From Nostoc sp. PCC 7120 = FACHB-418 (GTDB taxonomy: Bacteria; Cyanobacteriota; Cyanobacteriia; Cyanobacteriales; Nostocaceae): a DNA stretch of 32,000 nt. Shown piece after piece: positions 6,997 through 16,518 of this stretch (position 1 is its first letter; every line of letters starts with the position of its first letter). The stretch is from NCBI RefSeq assembly GCF_000009705.1, contig NC_003276.1, positions 240,001-272,000 of the forward strand, in the 5' to 3' direction. A model generated the notes under the pieces. The model searched no databases. It was not told the DNA's origin and worked only from the letters and a program-made list of their open reading frames with translations. The translations under genes and the position numbers were made by a program.

Positions 6997-8706
6997 AACT
7001 ATTTTGATATTTTTGAAGTAGATGATGGTGGTACTAAATGGCATCCAGTGCGTGAAAAACGAATTATGAAGGTTCTGAAATGGAATACACCAAAACTTGT
7101 TGAGTTAATTGAGTCTGAATCTCTAACTTTACAATTAATTCAACACCCAAAGATTCCTCGGAGTACCCTAGATGACTATTTTACTTTTGTTCCAAGCAAT
7201 AGTCTTTTAACACTGCATTGCTTAATTATGGATAAATTCGAGGGGCAAAACTTGGAGGAATGGATAGAATCTAAGGGAAAAATTTCTCAATCTTTAGGAA
7301 TGGATTGGCTTAAACAGTTAGTCCAAATACTTGACACAGTACACCGTTCTGATTTTTTCCACAGAGATATTAAACCTTCAAATATAATTCTTCAGCCAAA
7401 TGGTCAACTAGCATTAATTGATTTTGGAACTGCTCGGCGTGTTACTGACACCTACTTAGCGAAAGTTAGTGGGAGTGGAGGTACTGATACAGGTAGGGGA
7501 GGACGGCATGAAATTACAAGCATTGTCTCACCTCGTTATACTCCACTAGAGCAAATTAATGGGCAAGCTGTGCCTCAGTCAGACTTTTATGCTTTAGGAC
7601 GGACTTTTGTGAGGCTAGTTACGGGTACTTCCTTGATGTGCTTACCCACGAATCCAAAAACAGGTAATCTAATCTGGCGCAATAAAGCACCACAGATTGA
7701 CAAACCCTTAGCCGACTTCCTAGATGAACTCATGTCTTCCTTGCCAGGTCAACGTCCGCAGACTACGCGAATAATTTTGCAGCGATTGGAACGTTTGCCA
7801 CTACAATCGAAAATTAATCGAGTAGTTACATCAAAGGCATTTCAAATAAGTGCGACAACTTTAGTTTTTATCGGTTGTTTGGGGTTATTTAATTTATCAC
7901 GACCTGCAATAGCAGAGTATTTATTAAATCAAGGAAAAAATGCTCAACGAGAAAATCGGCTTGATGATGCTGAAAATAATTTTCGTCAAGCGATCGCTTT
8001 GGAACCGGATATGGCTAAACTAGTATCTGAATTTTATGTGCAACAGGCAGATAGACGTAGTATTCCTCTGGAAGAAGCTAAAAAATATTATGAATTAGCT
8101 ATTAAATATAATTCCCAAAGTGATGTGGCTCATAATAATTTGGGGTTGGTATGTCAAAGATTACAGGACTCTCAATGCGTTGAAAATAGTTATGCAGTTT
8201 TATTTAAGCTAAAACCAAATAGTTGGGAGGCTCATTATGGGTTAGGTAATTTTTATGATGATTTAGGCAAGTATAATTTAGCCCAAGAACAATATAAATT
8301 AGCCATATTAAATAATAAATTAGCTTTAGATGCTGTTAGTAACTTAGCTAGGATAAAAAACTTGCAAAGAGAATATGATGCGGCTATAGAAATTGCTAAA
8401 GGAGGATTAACTAAAGCTAAAGAGCCTGCGTTAAGGGCAGCCTTATATAAGAGCATAGGATGGGCTAAGTTAGAACAAAAAAAGTATATAGAAGCTAAAA
8501 ATAATTTAGAGAAAGCAAAAGAACTAGACTTTAAAAGAACTGATACTTATTGTCTATTAGCACAAACGCAGGAAGCTTTAAAGGAAATTAACGATGCCAG
8601 AATGTTATGGGAAGTATGCTTAATTTCTGAATCTAATCTACCAGAAGTTCAAAGATGGCGAATACAGATATTGAACAGATTACTAGGAGATATTAAGGTA
8701 GAATAG
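6952..8706 (+). CDS. Ser/Thr protein kinase - TM - TPR repeat protein, 3' part of the IS-split gene. Native coding sequence starts at 6997; 6952-6996 is IS-derived.
   Basis: Kinase motifs are HRDIKPSNIIL, IDFGTAR and SPRYTPLEQ. A hydrophobic segment (TTLVFIGCLGLFNL) is followed by TPR-like repeats. 5494-5637 plus 6997-8706 equals 1854 nt, which is 618 codons in frame (..TDNPY|NYFDIFEVDDGG..). Confidence 0.85.
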   Translation: MILGIPRFLNGGGCQNYFDIFEVDDGGTKWHPVREKRIMKVLKWNTPKLVELIESESLTLQLIQHPKIPRSTLDDYFTFVPSNSLLTLHCLIMDKFEGQNLEEWIESKGKISQSLGMDWLKQLVQILDTVHRSDFFHRDIKPSNIILQPNGQLALIDFGTARRVTDTYLAKVSGSGGTDTGRGGRHEITSIVSPRYTPLEQINGQAVPQSDFYALGRTFVRLVTGTSLMCLPTNPKTGNLIWRNKAPQIDKPLADFLDELMSSLPGQRPQTTRIILQRLERLPLQSKINRVVTSKAFQISATTLVFIGCLGLFNLSRPAIAEYLLNQGKNAQRENRLDDAENNFRQAIALEPDMAKLVSEFYVQQADRRSIPLEEAKKYYELAIKYNSQSDVAHNNLGLVCQRLQDSQCVENSYAVLFKLKPNSWEAHYGLGNFYDDLGKYNLAQEQYKLAILNNKLALDAVSNLARIKNLQREYDAAIEIAKGGLTKAKEPALRAALYKSIGWAKLEQKKYIEAKNNLEKAKELDFKRTDTYCLLAQTQEALKEINDARMLWEVCLISESNLPEVQRWRIQILNRLLGDIKVE

Positions 8707-8762
8707 CTAGTTTTTAGTAAAAGATCATAAATTCAAAAGATAAAATATCAAACAAAATAGGT

Positions 8763-9788
8763 ATGACAAAGAAATTTTATAAAAATAAAACATTATTCAC
8801 TGTTGGGTTTACAGCTATTACATCAATAATGTTCTTTGGGAGTCTAAGTCCAGTGATGGGATCTCCTCGGACTCAAGCTCAGGTGCGTTGTATTGAACCA
8901 ATAGGACGGGTTATCAGCACAGGCGATCGCTATATGCGTTCTGGCAGTTTGTTATGCCCAACAGATCAGATATCACCAAAACAGGGAGAGGAAGTTAAGG
9001 TACTTTGTTACTCTAGTAGAGAACATTTATTAGTAGAAGCAGGGAGCAATTTTCCTGTTAGAGAAATATGTAAGCCACCAGCGTTTTCTTCAGTAAGGAA
9101 ATGTACACTATTGAGTCCACAAGACTGTCCAAATCGTAAAGGGCCGAATCGAAGAGAAAATGCACCTAATATTATTCAGCCTTATGGCAAAGTTATAATC
9201 AACCGTCGTCCTTTGATATCCTGGACTGCTGTACCAGGGGCAACCAGCTACACTGTGCAACTTTCTGGCGGTGAAGTGAAGTGGGAAAAGGAAGTGGTAG
9301 GCACAACACTATCCTATCCTCAAGACCAACAAGAGTTGTCCTACGGTAGTGCGAATAAAATTATAGTGATTGCAAATAAAGGTAACGATCCCATCATTGA
9401 TGATACGTTGGTAGTGCATGTGTTACCTGAAGGATGGGTAAGACAAATTAATCAAGCTATTGAGCAAGTTAAAAGTTTGGGATTGTCTGCCGATGAAACA
9501 GCCTACATTGACCTAGATGCAATTTATATGTCTGAAAGACTTCTCAACGACACAATTGAGAATTTACAAGCACGAGTTGCGGCAGGCAGTTTTAATCCTA
9601 CTCTTTATCGTATCTTAGGCGATCGCTATGTAGAGGTGTGGATGCCTCAACTCGCAAAAACTGCATATATAAAAGCACTTCAACTAGCTAGGTTTCAAAA
9701 AAACTCCGGTGAAGTGGAGTTGGTGCAAGAACGTTTGTCGGCGCTATCTCAGAGCCAACTGCCAACCAGAACAAATCCTGCCCAATAG
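8763..9788 (+). CDS. Secreted protein of unknown function, with a TPR-like helical C-terminus
   Basis: 341 aa. The N-terminal signal-like segment is KTLFTVGFTAITSIMFFGSLSPVMG. Cysteines are spaced through the N-terminal half. The helical C-terminal part includes YRILGDRYVEVWMPQLAKTAYIKALQLA. I recognise no family. Confidence 0.65.
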   Translation: MTKKFYKNKTLFTVGFTAITSIMFFGSLSPVMGSPRTQAQVRCIEPIGRVISTGDRYMRSGSLLCPTDQISPKQGEEVKVLCYSSREHLLVEAGSNFPVREICKPPAFSSVRKCTLLSPQDCPNRKGPNRRENAPNIIQPYGKVIINRRPLISWTAVPGATSYTVQLSGGEVKWEKEVVGTTLSYPQDQQELSYGSANKIIVIANKGNDPIIDDTLVVHVLPEGWVRQINQAIEQVKSLGLSADETAYIDLDAIYMSERLLNDTIENLQARVAAGSFNPTLYRILGDRYVEVWMPQLAKTAYIKALQLARFQKNSGEVELVQERLSALSQSQLPTRTNPAQ

Positions 9789-12217
9789 TAAGGGTGTTGG
9801 TACTGAGGATGAGAAAGTAAGCCCAGTTGTGCTTGTCGCAGAGCTTCGGCTTTAGAGAGGTTGTTATTTAAACCCTTATAGAATTGTTCAACAAGCATAG
9901 CTGTAGATTCGGCATCTACTAACCACAAGGAAGCAAGTGTAGTTCTTGCGCCAGCTTGGGCCGCTACCCCGGCGATACCCAAAGTAGAGCGTTTGTTACC
10001 TTTAGCAGTTTGGCAGGCGCTGAGAACTAATAACTCAATTGGGTCTTGATTATTTTGAACTTTCAACCAGCCATCAAGTTCTTGAATGTTAATGGGTTTG
10101 TCCCAAGCTAAAAGTACTGTTTGTTCAGGGTCAGAACTAAACTGACCGTGAGTAGTAACATGAACAATAGGAAATTTAGCAGTTTTCAATTCTTGTTGAA
10201 AATTGTTGCTAGTGAATTGCTCATTCAGCAACTTAACTGATGCTCTAGTTTGTTCTTTAACATCAACTACTTCTTTTTCTACTTCTGGCAAAGCTTTTAA
10301 TCCGGGAGGAGCATTTTGTGCATAGAAACTAGGGCTAGGTTGAGAAAGCCCAGCAATTAGAGCTTTTAATTGTTCTTTAAGCAAAGCTTTGGGTGGTCGG
10401 ATTCGAGAACCTAGTGTGGTTGTAATACTATAATTTTTGAACAAGTAATCTTTGCCATCGTGTAGCAGACTCATAGGAATGCTTTGAAAGGAATTATCAA
10501 GAGTAAAAATGATTGTCCCAGATGATGGTAAATACTTTTTTACGGGCGCAATTAATTGCTGATATAATATTTGCGAATGAGAAATAATTACAGATTTTTG
10601 GGTATTAGCCAGCCCTTGATCTTGTAAAGTATTTAAAAAATAGTCAATATTAGTTCTGATGGTTTTTGCCTTAACGGAATGATGATGTAGTGATTGGTTC
10701 TGTGAGCGAACAATTACTTCTATACTATCCCCTAAGTCTATAATATTAATTACTGTCGGCTTATTTTTTAGATTAGCAATACTACTTATAGATATAAATT
10801 CCAGCTTGCCACATTTTAAGTAATTTTCTAACTCTGCTAATTGCAGTTGTTCGTAAGCTTGAATTACTTGATCTAGCTGAGGATGGGAACCACTAAGTAG
10901 TAAGCGTATATAATCTCGATATACAGGTTCTACTTTTTCATAAAATGAAAATTGTAAGTCTAGATTAGTTGTGGAGAGATTGTCCCGTATTTTATTAAGA
11001 TTTTGAATTGCTACTTTATAATATTGAATAGCTTCCTGATATTTTCCTCGTTTTTGATATAGTTTACCTAATTGCTGTTGCCATTGATACGCTATATCCC
11101 ATGCTTGAATTGATTGAGCTATACTTAGCGCTTCACTTAAATAAGTATAAGCTTGTTCTGGCTGTAGCTCTCCTAATATACCATTGCTGTACGATATTAA
11201 TCGCTTGTTATTTATACTATTAGCTTTTCGTAAACTGGCTAACGCATACTTTCTAGCGAATGAGTTTAGATTTTTATCAATTTGATTCAGACTTTTAGCA
11301 AAATTTAGTTGAGCATAAATTGATTCATTTGTTGAGACTTCTTCAAATAGATGAGAATTATTCAATAAGAGATTAGCTGTCTGTTGAATTTGCTGCTCAA
11401 TTTCTAGGGAAGTATTTTGAGATTTAGTATGAGTTAGCCACTGTCTATAATCCAGTAACAAGCTTAATTTTTGTAAAAGTGACTGTAACTTAACAGAAGC
11501 AGAAATATTGTTTTGATTAATAATCCTTTGGTATATTTCTAGCCCTTCTAATGCTTTTTGATGGCTTAGTTTTACTGTCTGCTGGCGAAATGTGGGTTCT
11601 TCCACTTGCAAATATTTATCCTTGAAAAACTTATAAGCATAAAATTTAGTATTACCTAAACTTAGTAATGTTGAACTAGCATTAAAATTAGGTTGCTTTT
11701 CAGAAAGTATAAGAGTTTTGCTTAACACTGTTTCTGAATCGGCGATTTTTCCTAGCCTACGCAGCGCATTACCTAAATTTTGCAATACTAATAAATCAAC
11801 AGATGATGCTGTTTGTTTGTCAAAAACAGCTAATAGTTTTGTAATTTCCGCTTGTTGTGTTGGAGAAGTATTACAAATTCCAGAAGCAGAGTTTAGTTTC
11901 ATTGCCTCTAGTAGTATATTACAAGCACGGGGGGATAAACCTAATGTTTGCAATGCAATACTTTGATTAATCAGGCTCCCTTTTATCCCCTGCTCGTCTT
12001 GAAGTCGTCGGTAAATCTGTGTTGCTTGCTGCCATGAGGTTAATGCTTCTGATGCTTGACCTTGATTTAACTGCTCTTGTCCTTGTTGGATCAATGATTC
12101 TGCTTGCTGTAATTGTTCATTATTCGCTTGAGCCAACATCCTTGATGGTTCATTGATAACCAAAGAACAGCTAACTATAACTATGAATAAATACTTAAGC
12201 AGGTGTTGATTTTTCAT
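9749..12217 (-). CDS. TPR repeat - CHAT domain protein (caspase-fold peptidase-like)
   Basis: The start is reassigned to the ATG at 12217 (MKNQHLLKYLFIVIVSCSLV..., hydrophobic leader). It overlaps the upstream stop codon by 1 nt. TPR-like repeats fill the N-terminal half. The C-terminal CHAT region has candidate catalytic His (VHVTTHGQF) and Cys (LVLSACQTA) residues and the usual YYWAGFVLVG tail. Confidence 0.9.
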   Translation of the reverse strand: MKNQHLLKYLFIVIVSCSLVINEPSRMLAQANNEQLQQAESLIQQGQEQLNQGQASEALTSWQQATQIYRRLQDEQGIKGSLINQSIALQTLGLSPRACNILLEAMKLNSASGICNTSPTQQAEITKLLAVFDKQTASSVDLLVLQNLGNALRRLGKIADSETVLSKTLILSEKQPNFNASSTLLSLGNTKFYAYKFFKDKYLQVEEPTFRQQTVKLSHQKALEGLEIYQRIINQNNISASVKLQSLLQKLSLLLDYRQWLTHTKSQNTSLEIEQQIQQTANLLLNNSHLFEEVSTNESIYAQLNFAKSLNQIDKNLNSFARKYALASLRKANSINNKRLISYSNGILGELQPEQAYTYLSEALSIAQSIQAWDIAYQWQQQLGKLYQKRGKYQEAIQYYKVAIQNLNKIRDNLSTTNLDLQFSFYEKVEPVYRDYIRLLLSGSHPQLDQVIQAYEQLQLAELENYLKCGKLEFISISSIANLKNKPTVINIIDLGDSIEVIVRSQNQSLHHHSVKAKTIRTNIDYFLNTLQDQGLANTQKSVIISHSQILYQQLIAPVKKYLPSSGTIIFTLDNSFQSIPMSLLHDGKDYLFKNYSITTTLGSRIRPPKALLKEQLKALIAGLSQPSPSFYAQNAPPGLKALPEVEKEVVDVKEQTRASVKLLNEQFTSNNFQQELKTAKFPIVHVTTHGQFSSDPEQTVLLAWDKPINIQELDGWLKVQNNQDPIELLVLSACQTAKGNKRSTLGIAGVAAQAGARTTLASLWLVDAESTAMLVEQFYKGLNNNLSKAEALRQAQLGLLSHPQYQHPYYWAGFVLVGSWL

Positions 12218-14748
12218 CAGGCTTTGGGTTTTGTTTGAGAATGACACTCACTCGCAGATAGAGTTGTATCTGGACTAACCTTATTTGCTTGAGCAGTTAG
12301 GGTTATTGAGCCATCTAAGTTTTTCACCCATCCTTGTGCTTCTATAATCTCATTACCTGCTGATAGTTTAATATTAGAAATATTTGTAGTTGAATTTACT
12401 TGCCACCTAGATTCAACATCTGGTAAATCTTCTGGGCTTGTTGCTAATCCTCCTGTACCAGCAACAATAAACTCATTAATTCCATTTGATCTTCCTTGGC
12501 AGGCGGAAGCAATCTGTGGTAGCTCTTGAACTGTCTGTGATTTAACTGGAGTTTCTGCTAAAAAGATATTTGCATTGATGTCAACTGTTCCGTCAATACC
12601 TCTTTGTGATTTGGAGTTTACTTGAGTATTAGGTGAAAGAAAAACGCCTTGGGCATTGATTCGGATATTGCCGCCTCTACCCTCGAAGGCATTAGCTACG
12701 ATTTGGTTATTGTTTGAACCTACCAGAATGCCTGTGTTCATTCTAATGTTACCGCCGTTGCCCGTGCCTCCAGCCGTTGCTGTAATCCTGCTATTATTTA
12801 AAAATAAATTCCTAGAATTGAGAATAATATTGCCACCTTCCCCAATCGTAGTGGTGGCGTTAACTTCTCCTTGAGAGTTAATGTTTATTGTGTTCGCACT
12901 AATCCTAATATTTCCTGCATCATTAACACCTTCATTTCTCGCATTAATCAGCCCACCATTACTTATATTTATAATATCTGTATTTAAAAATATATTGCCC
13001 GCCTGACCAATAAGTAAAGGAGGTTGTCGATACAATAATTTTTGCAAATTCGGATCGACTAAAAGAAAATTTGATGAATTAATAAAACTTGGTGAGTTTG
13101 AATTAATATTCGTACCTACTACATTTATTGAATTACTTGAGTTAATGGAAATATTACCAGCCTTTCCCGCAGATAGTGTGCTACTACTTATACCTCCTCC
13201 GTTGCTAATAATTAAATTTAAAGTATTTATGTCTATGTTACCACCATTGCCATGACCAAAAGTGGATGACGTAATATTACTAGGACGTAATAATGCTGAT
13301 TGTCCTGATATATCTATGTTTTGACTCTTTATAAAAACATTTCCGCCTTGCCCACTACGAATAGTGCTAGAGCCTAATGAAGCTCCACCATCTTTAATGA
13401 TAAGATTTTCCAATTCTAAAAATAAATTTCCTCCTGCACCTGAACCAGATGCAACAGTATTGAAAACTCCATCTAGCCCTATGATTATATTGTTAATTTT
13501 ACCTGCAATATCTCCACCCTTTCCAGAACTATAACTGAAAGTATTGATTCCACCTAAGCCATCAGGATTAGCATAAGAAGGGGTATCACCGGAAATTTTT
13601 AAAGAATTTGAATTAATAGTGATTAATCCACTAGGGGCATTAGTAAAAGTAGTAGTTGCTATTTGTCCACCTTGAATTGTTACATCTTTTACGTCAAGTT
13701 GAATAGACTCGCCAGGAGTAAAGCCAAAATTGCTTGTATATATTGCACTTAAAGCTAGATTAGATGATCCTTGAATATTTAGGGATTGAGCATCAATTTT
13801 AACAGCACCAGTTTTAAAGCCATGATTTTGTGTAAATACTAATGAACCATCTAAAATGTTAATATTTTTACCTTGAATATCAATAGTATTACTTGTGTCT
13901 GCATTACTATTAACGAATAATAATGAATTTTTTATTAGAGTTATATTCCTAAATGTATTAACATTATTGAAATCAAAATTTATATCATTGCCCTGCTGCT
14001 CTAATCCAACGTATCCATCTAGCACACTGCCAATCTGGAATTTTCCATTTCTGGTGCTTAGTATCCCCCCTTCAAGTGAAACATTTCCGCCTATTAAGGA
14101 AATATTGTTTCCTGGTTGTACTTGTAATCCAGAAAATCTACTAGCGTCTATAGGAGTAATAAAATCGAAATTCCTATTAGCAATTCTATTTATATTATGA
14201 CCGCTACCTTGAAGTCGGATCTCTCCAGAATTACCTATAAAAACTAACCCTACAGGAACGCTAACTTTTAACAAAGGGTCAAGCTGATTGCGATTAGCAC
14301 TAAAATCTATATTGTTAGAAAACTTAATACTATTTGCTGTAGTAGCCAAAAAAGAACCACCAATATTTAATCTAGCACTATTACCAAAAAAAAATCCGTT
14401 GGGGTTGAGAATAAATAAATTAGCTTGACCATTGTTTCGGATTGTTCCATTAATATTAGAAATAGAATTGCCAGTTACTCTGCTAATAATATTTTGTATA
14501 ATAGAAGCGTTATTAAAATATGCAGTGTCTCCATAATTAATTGAAAAATCTTTAAAGCTATGAAATAAATTCCCTCCTAATTGAGTGCCGCCCTCAATAA
14601 ATATTGTATTACCTTGGACATTTACGGCACTATTATTTTGTGAGCTATTATCAGCATTTATTTGAGCTTGACACAATGGAATGAAAGTTGTGAAAATTGT
14701 AATTAAAAAAGATATTTCTGTAAATAAAATAGTAAATTTGCTATTCAT
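12217..14748 (-). CDS. TpsA-type exoprotein with a filamentous haemagglutinin N-terminal (TPS) domain and beta-helix repeats
   Basis: 843 aa. The signal peptide is MNSKFTILFTEISFLITIFTTFIPLCQA. The TPS motif region is NLFILNPNGFFFGNSARLNIGGSFLATT. Many GGNI/GNI-type repeats follow. Confidence 0.9.
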   Translation of the reverse strand: MNSKFTILFTEISFLITIFTTFIPLCQAQINADNSSQNNSAVNVQGNTIFIEGGTQLGGNLFHSFKDFSINYGDTAYFNNASIIQNIISRVTGNSISNINGTIRNNGQANLFILNPNGFFFGNSARLNIGGSFLATTANSIKFSNNIDFSANRNQLDPLLKVSVPVGLVFIGNSGEIRLQGSGHNINRIANRNFDFITPIDASRFSGLQVQPGNNISLIGGNVSLEGGILSTRNGKFQIGSVLDGYVGLEQQGNDINFDFNNVNTFRNITLIKNSLLFVNSNADTSNTIDIQGKNINILDGSLVFTQNHGFKTGAVKIDAQSLNIQGSSNLALSAIYTSNFGFTPGESIQLDVKDVTIQGGQIATTTFTNAPSGLITINSNSLKISGDTPSYANPDGLGGINTFSYSSGKGGDIAGKINNIIIGLDGVFNTVASGSGAGGNLFLELENLIIKDGGASLGSSTIRSGQGGNVFIKSQNIDISGQSALLRPSNITSSTFGHGNGGNIDINTLNLIISNGGGISSSTLSAGKAGNISINSSNSINVVGTNINSNSPSFINSSNFLLVDPNLQKLLYRQPPLLIGQAGNIFLNTDIINISNGGLINARNEGVNDAGNIRISANTININSQGEVNATTTIGEGGNIILNSRNLFLNNSRITATAGGTGNGGNIRMNTGILVGSNNNQIVANAFEGRGGNIRINAQGVFLSPNTQVNSKSQRGIDGTVDINANIFLAETPVKSQTVQELPQIASACQGRSNGINEFIVAGTGGLATSPEDLPDVESRWQVNSTTNISNIKLSAGNEIIEAQGWVKNLDGSITLTAQANKVSPDTTLSASECHSQTKPKA

Positions 14749-14828
14749 ATTAAAAAATTAATAAGCTACTAGAAAAGTAGAGTGTAGTAAAATATCTATA
14801 CTCTGCTCCTATATTTATCATTTGCTAT

Positions 14829-15332
14829 TCATTTAAGAAATATGGCTTCCTTTTCTTTCAACTCAGCAGGTAATGTGTCGAGAGACTGTAAATTTGCTGC
14901 AAATTCTAGTAGTATCCCATTTGGATCAAAAAAGTAAAAAGAAGACATGGGTACATCTGTATGATGCAATACTGGCGTTGTTTGTACTCCTTTTGATACA
15001 AGCTTTTCTTTGTACTCTTCTAATTTTTCTAATGGCACATGAAAGGCTACATGATTCATAGAACCATGAGCAGTTATGATATCGCCTGTCAAAAAAGCCT
15101 CTGGACGAACGGATGAGATACCAGGTACAGATTCAGGGGCTTTAGTTGACCAAAAAAAAGCTAAAGTATTATTATTTCCAATATCGATAAAAAAGTGTTT
15201 ACCACCAGATGGTAAATCAATATTTTTGATTAACTTGAGTCCAAGAGTAATAGTATAAAAATCTATAGTTTCTTGAAAGTCTCTACAAACTAATGCTAGA
15301 TGATTAATGCCTTTCAGTTCAAATTCTTTCAT
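14829..15332 (-). CDS. VOC family protein (glyoxalase/bleomycin-resistance/dioxygenase fold)
   Basis: 167 aa. GINHLALVCRDFQETIDFYTITLGLKL, MNHVAFHV and FYFFDPNGILLEFA are typical paired beta-alpha-beta-beta-beta VOC modules with metal-ligand His and Glu positions. Confidence 0.85.
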   Translation of the reverse strand: MKEFELKGINHLALVCRDFQETIDFYTITLGLKLIKNIDLPSGGKHFFIDIGNNNTLAFFWSTKAPESVPGISSVRPEAFLTGDIITAHGSMNHVAFHVPLEKLEEYKEKLVSKGVQTTPVLHHTDVPMSSFYFFDPNGILLEFAANLQSLDTLPAELKEKEAIFLK

Positions 15333-15925
15333 GACACTATTTATGTTCCTAGAAAAAATGGGTTTGTAAAATAGGTTTTAATACAGATTACTAAAAACCT
15401 ATCTAAGAATTTTGCATATTATGAACAATTTAGCAAGCAACTATCTTGATTTTCTACTGAGAATTGAAAAATCTCATCCTAATAGAGATTTATATACATT
15501 AATTACGCTGCCAAATTAATATTACATCTATCTATAGATAGGGAAAAATATAAAATTATCTGAATAATAAGCAAAGATTTCGCTCTATATATTATGTTTA
15601 TACTTATCGAAGTAAAATCATCTCTTGCTTAAAAGTACTGTTAAATATTACTGTGCATATAAGACAGATGTGTAAAGTATCTTTCAGATAGTAAGTTGTT
15701 CGTTTTAGGAAGTAATGTCTTAAGTAGAAAAAGAAAATCAATGAACAGTTTTCTTCAATTGCTGTAGAGTATGTATGCACAAGAAGTTAACAGTCTTGTC
15801 AACTTAGATAATAATCTGTATACAAATTACCGAAAGATAGAGACGATAAGCGATCAGCTACGCTGGGCGCTTGCGCCATCGCATCTCTAGCACATACTCA
15901 AGCGATCGCATAACGCCCTGTACAA

Positions 15926-16207
15926 TCAGTCACAGAAACCATCGACACGCAGATCGCGCCAGATGTCAGAGACTTGCCAGCCGGAGTTGCCTACAGACTG
16001 CACTAGAGGAGAATCGTGGACGGGAAAATGAGGAGGAAGATACTCTGGCGTTGGGGCATTTAAATCTAGTTGTGGCTGTGGTGGTTGCTGCTCAATGAGA
16101 GGCTCATCATTAGGGATAGTGTCAACTATTGACTCTGGCTCTTGCACTGGCTGTGAATGGGCAGATTTCTTGAGACTGCGTAATTCGGGTTTTTTGATAG
16201 GTTTCAT
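15926..16207 (-). CDS. Hypothetical Pro/Gln-rich small protein
   Basis: 93-aa ATG ORF. Its composition is more protein-like than the overlapping plus-strand ORF. No recognisable family and no clear RBS. Confidence 0.35.
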   Translation of the reverse strand: MKPIKKPELRSLKKSAHSQPVQEPESIVDTIPNDEPLIEQQPPQPQLDLNAPTPEYLPPHFPVHDSPLVQSVGNSGWQVSDIWRDLRVDGFCD

Positions 16208-16518
16208 ATTTGTAAAGGTAGAAAGTCTGGACTGAAAAATGAATTTAGCTTTGAGATAGGAGAAAAATAATGGCTGATCTACATTATGAGATTGAAAGAA
16301 AAGTTAATAAATGATGAGTGATAGTTGTATTCAGCACAAAAGCCGATTCATAGAAATAAACAGCCATGAAAAACCCCGGTCACAGTAGGTGAGGCGGGGA
16401 TAAGTAAGACCATATCTCATACATAGTACATAAATAATCTATACTTAGACACAACGGACTTAATATTACTACCATAGATATAAGTGAATTAGTCAGTAAT
16501 CTACTGAAATGTTTAACT

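Noticed and set aside
1995-6998. The two direct tnpB elements plus the intervening DNA as a composite transposon
   Set aside because: IS200/IS605 elements move as single strands using asymmetric left-end and right-end hairpins, and they are not known to form IS-flanked composite transposons. The inner flanks are unrelated host sequences (the tail of the small gene and the kinase 5' end). Two independent insertions fit better.
12218-12247. Longer start for the CHAT ORF (MSFSNKTQSL...)
   Set aside because: It would overlap the TpsA gene by 31 nt. The ATG at 12217 gives a typical hydrophobic leader and a 1-nt stop/start overlap.
12656-14200. Plus-strand ORFs 12656-12874 and 13895-14200
   Set aside because: They are antisense to the repeat-rich TpsA gene, and their proline/leucine-rich translations mirror its Gly/Asn repeats.
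15527-15540. 14-bp perfect palindrome CTATCTATAGATAG and other short hairpins in the AT-rich 15333-15925 spacer as operators or terminators
   Set aside because: Short AT-rich palindromes are expected by chance in DNA of this composition, and nothing links them to a specific gene.
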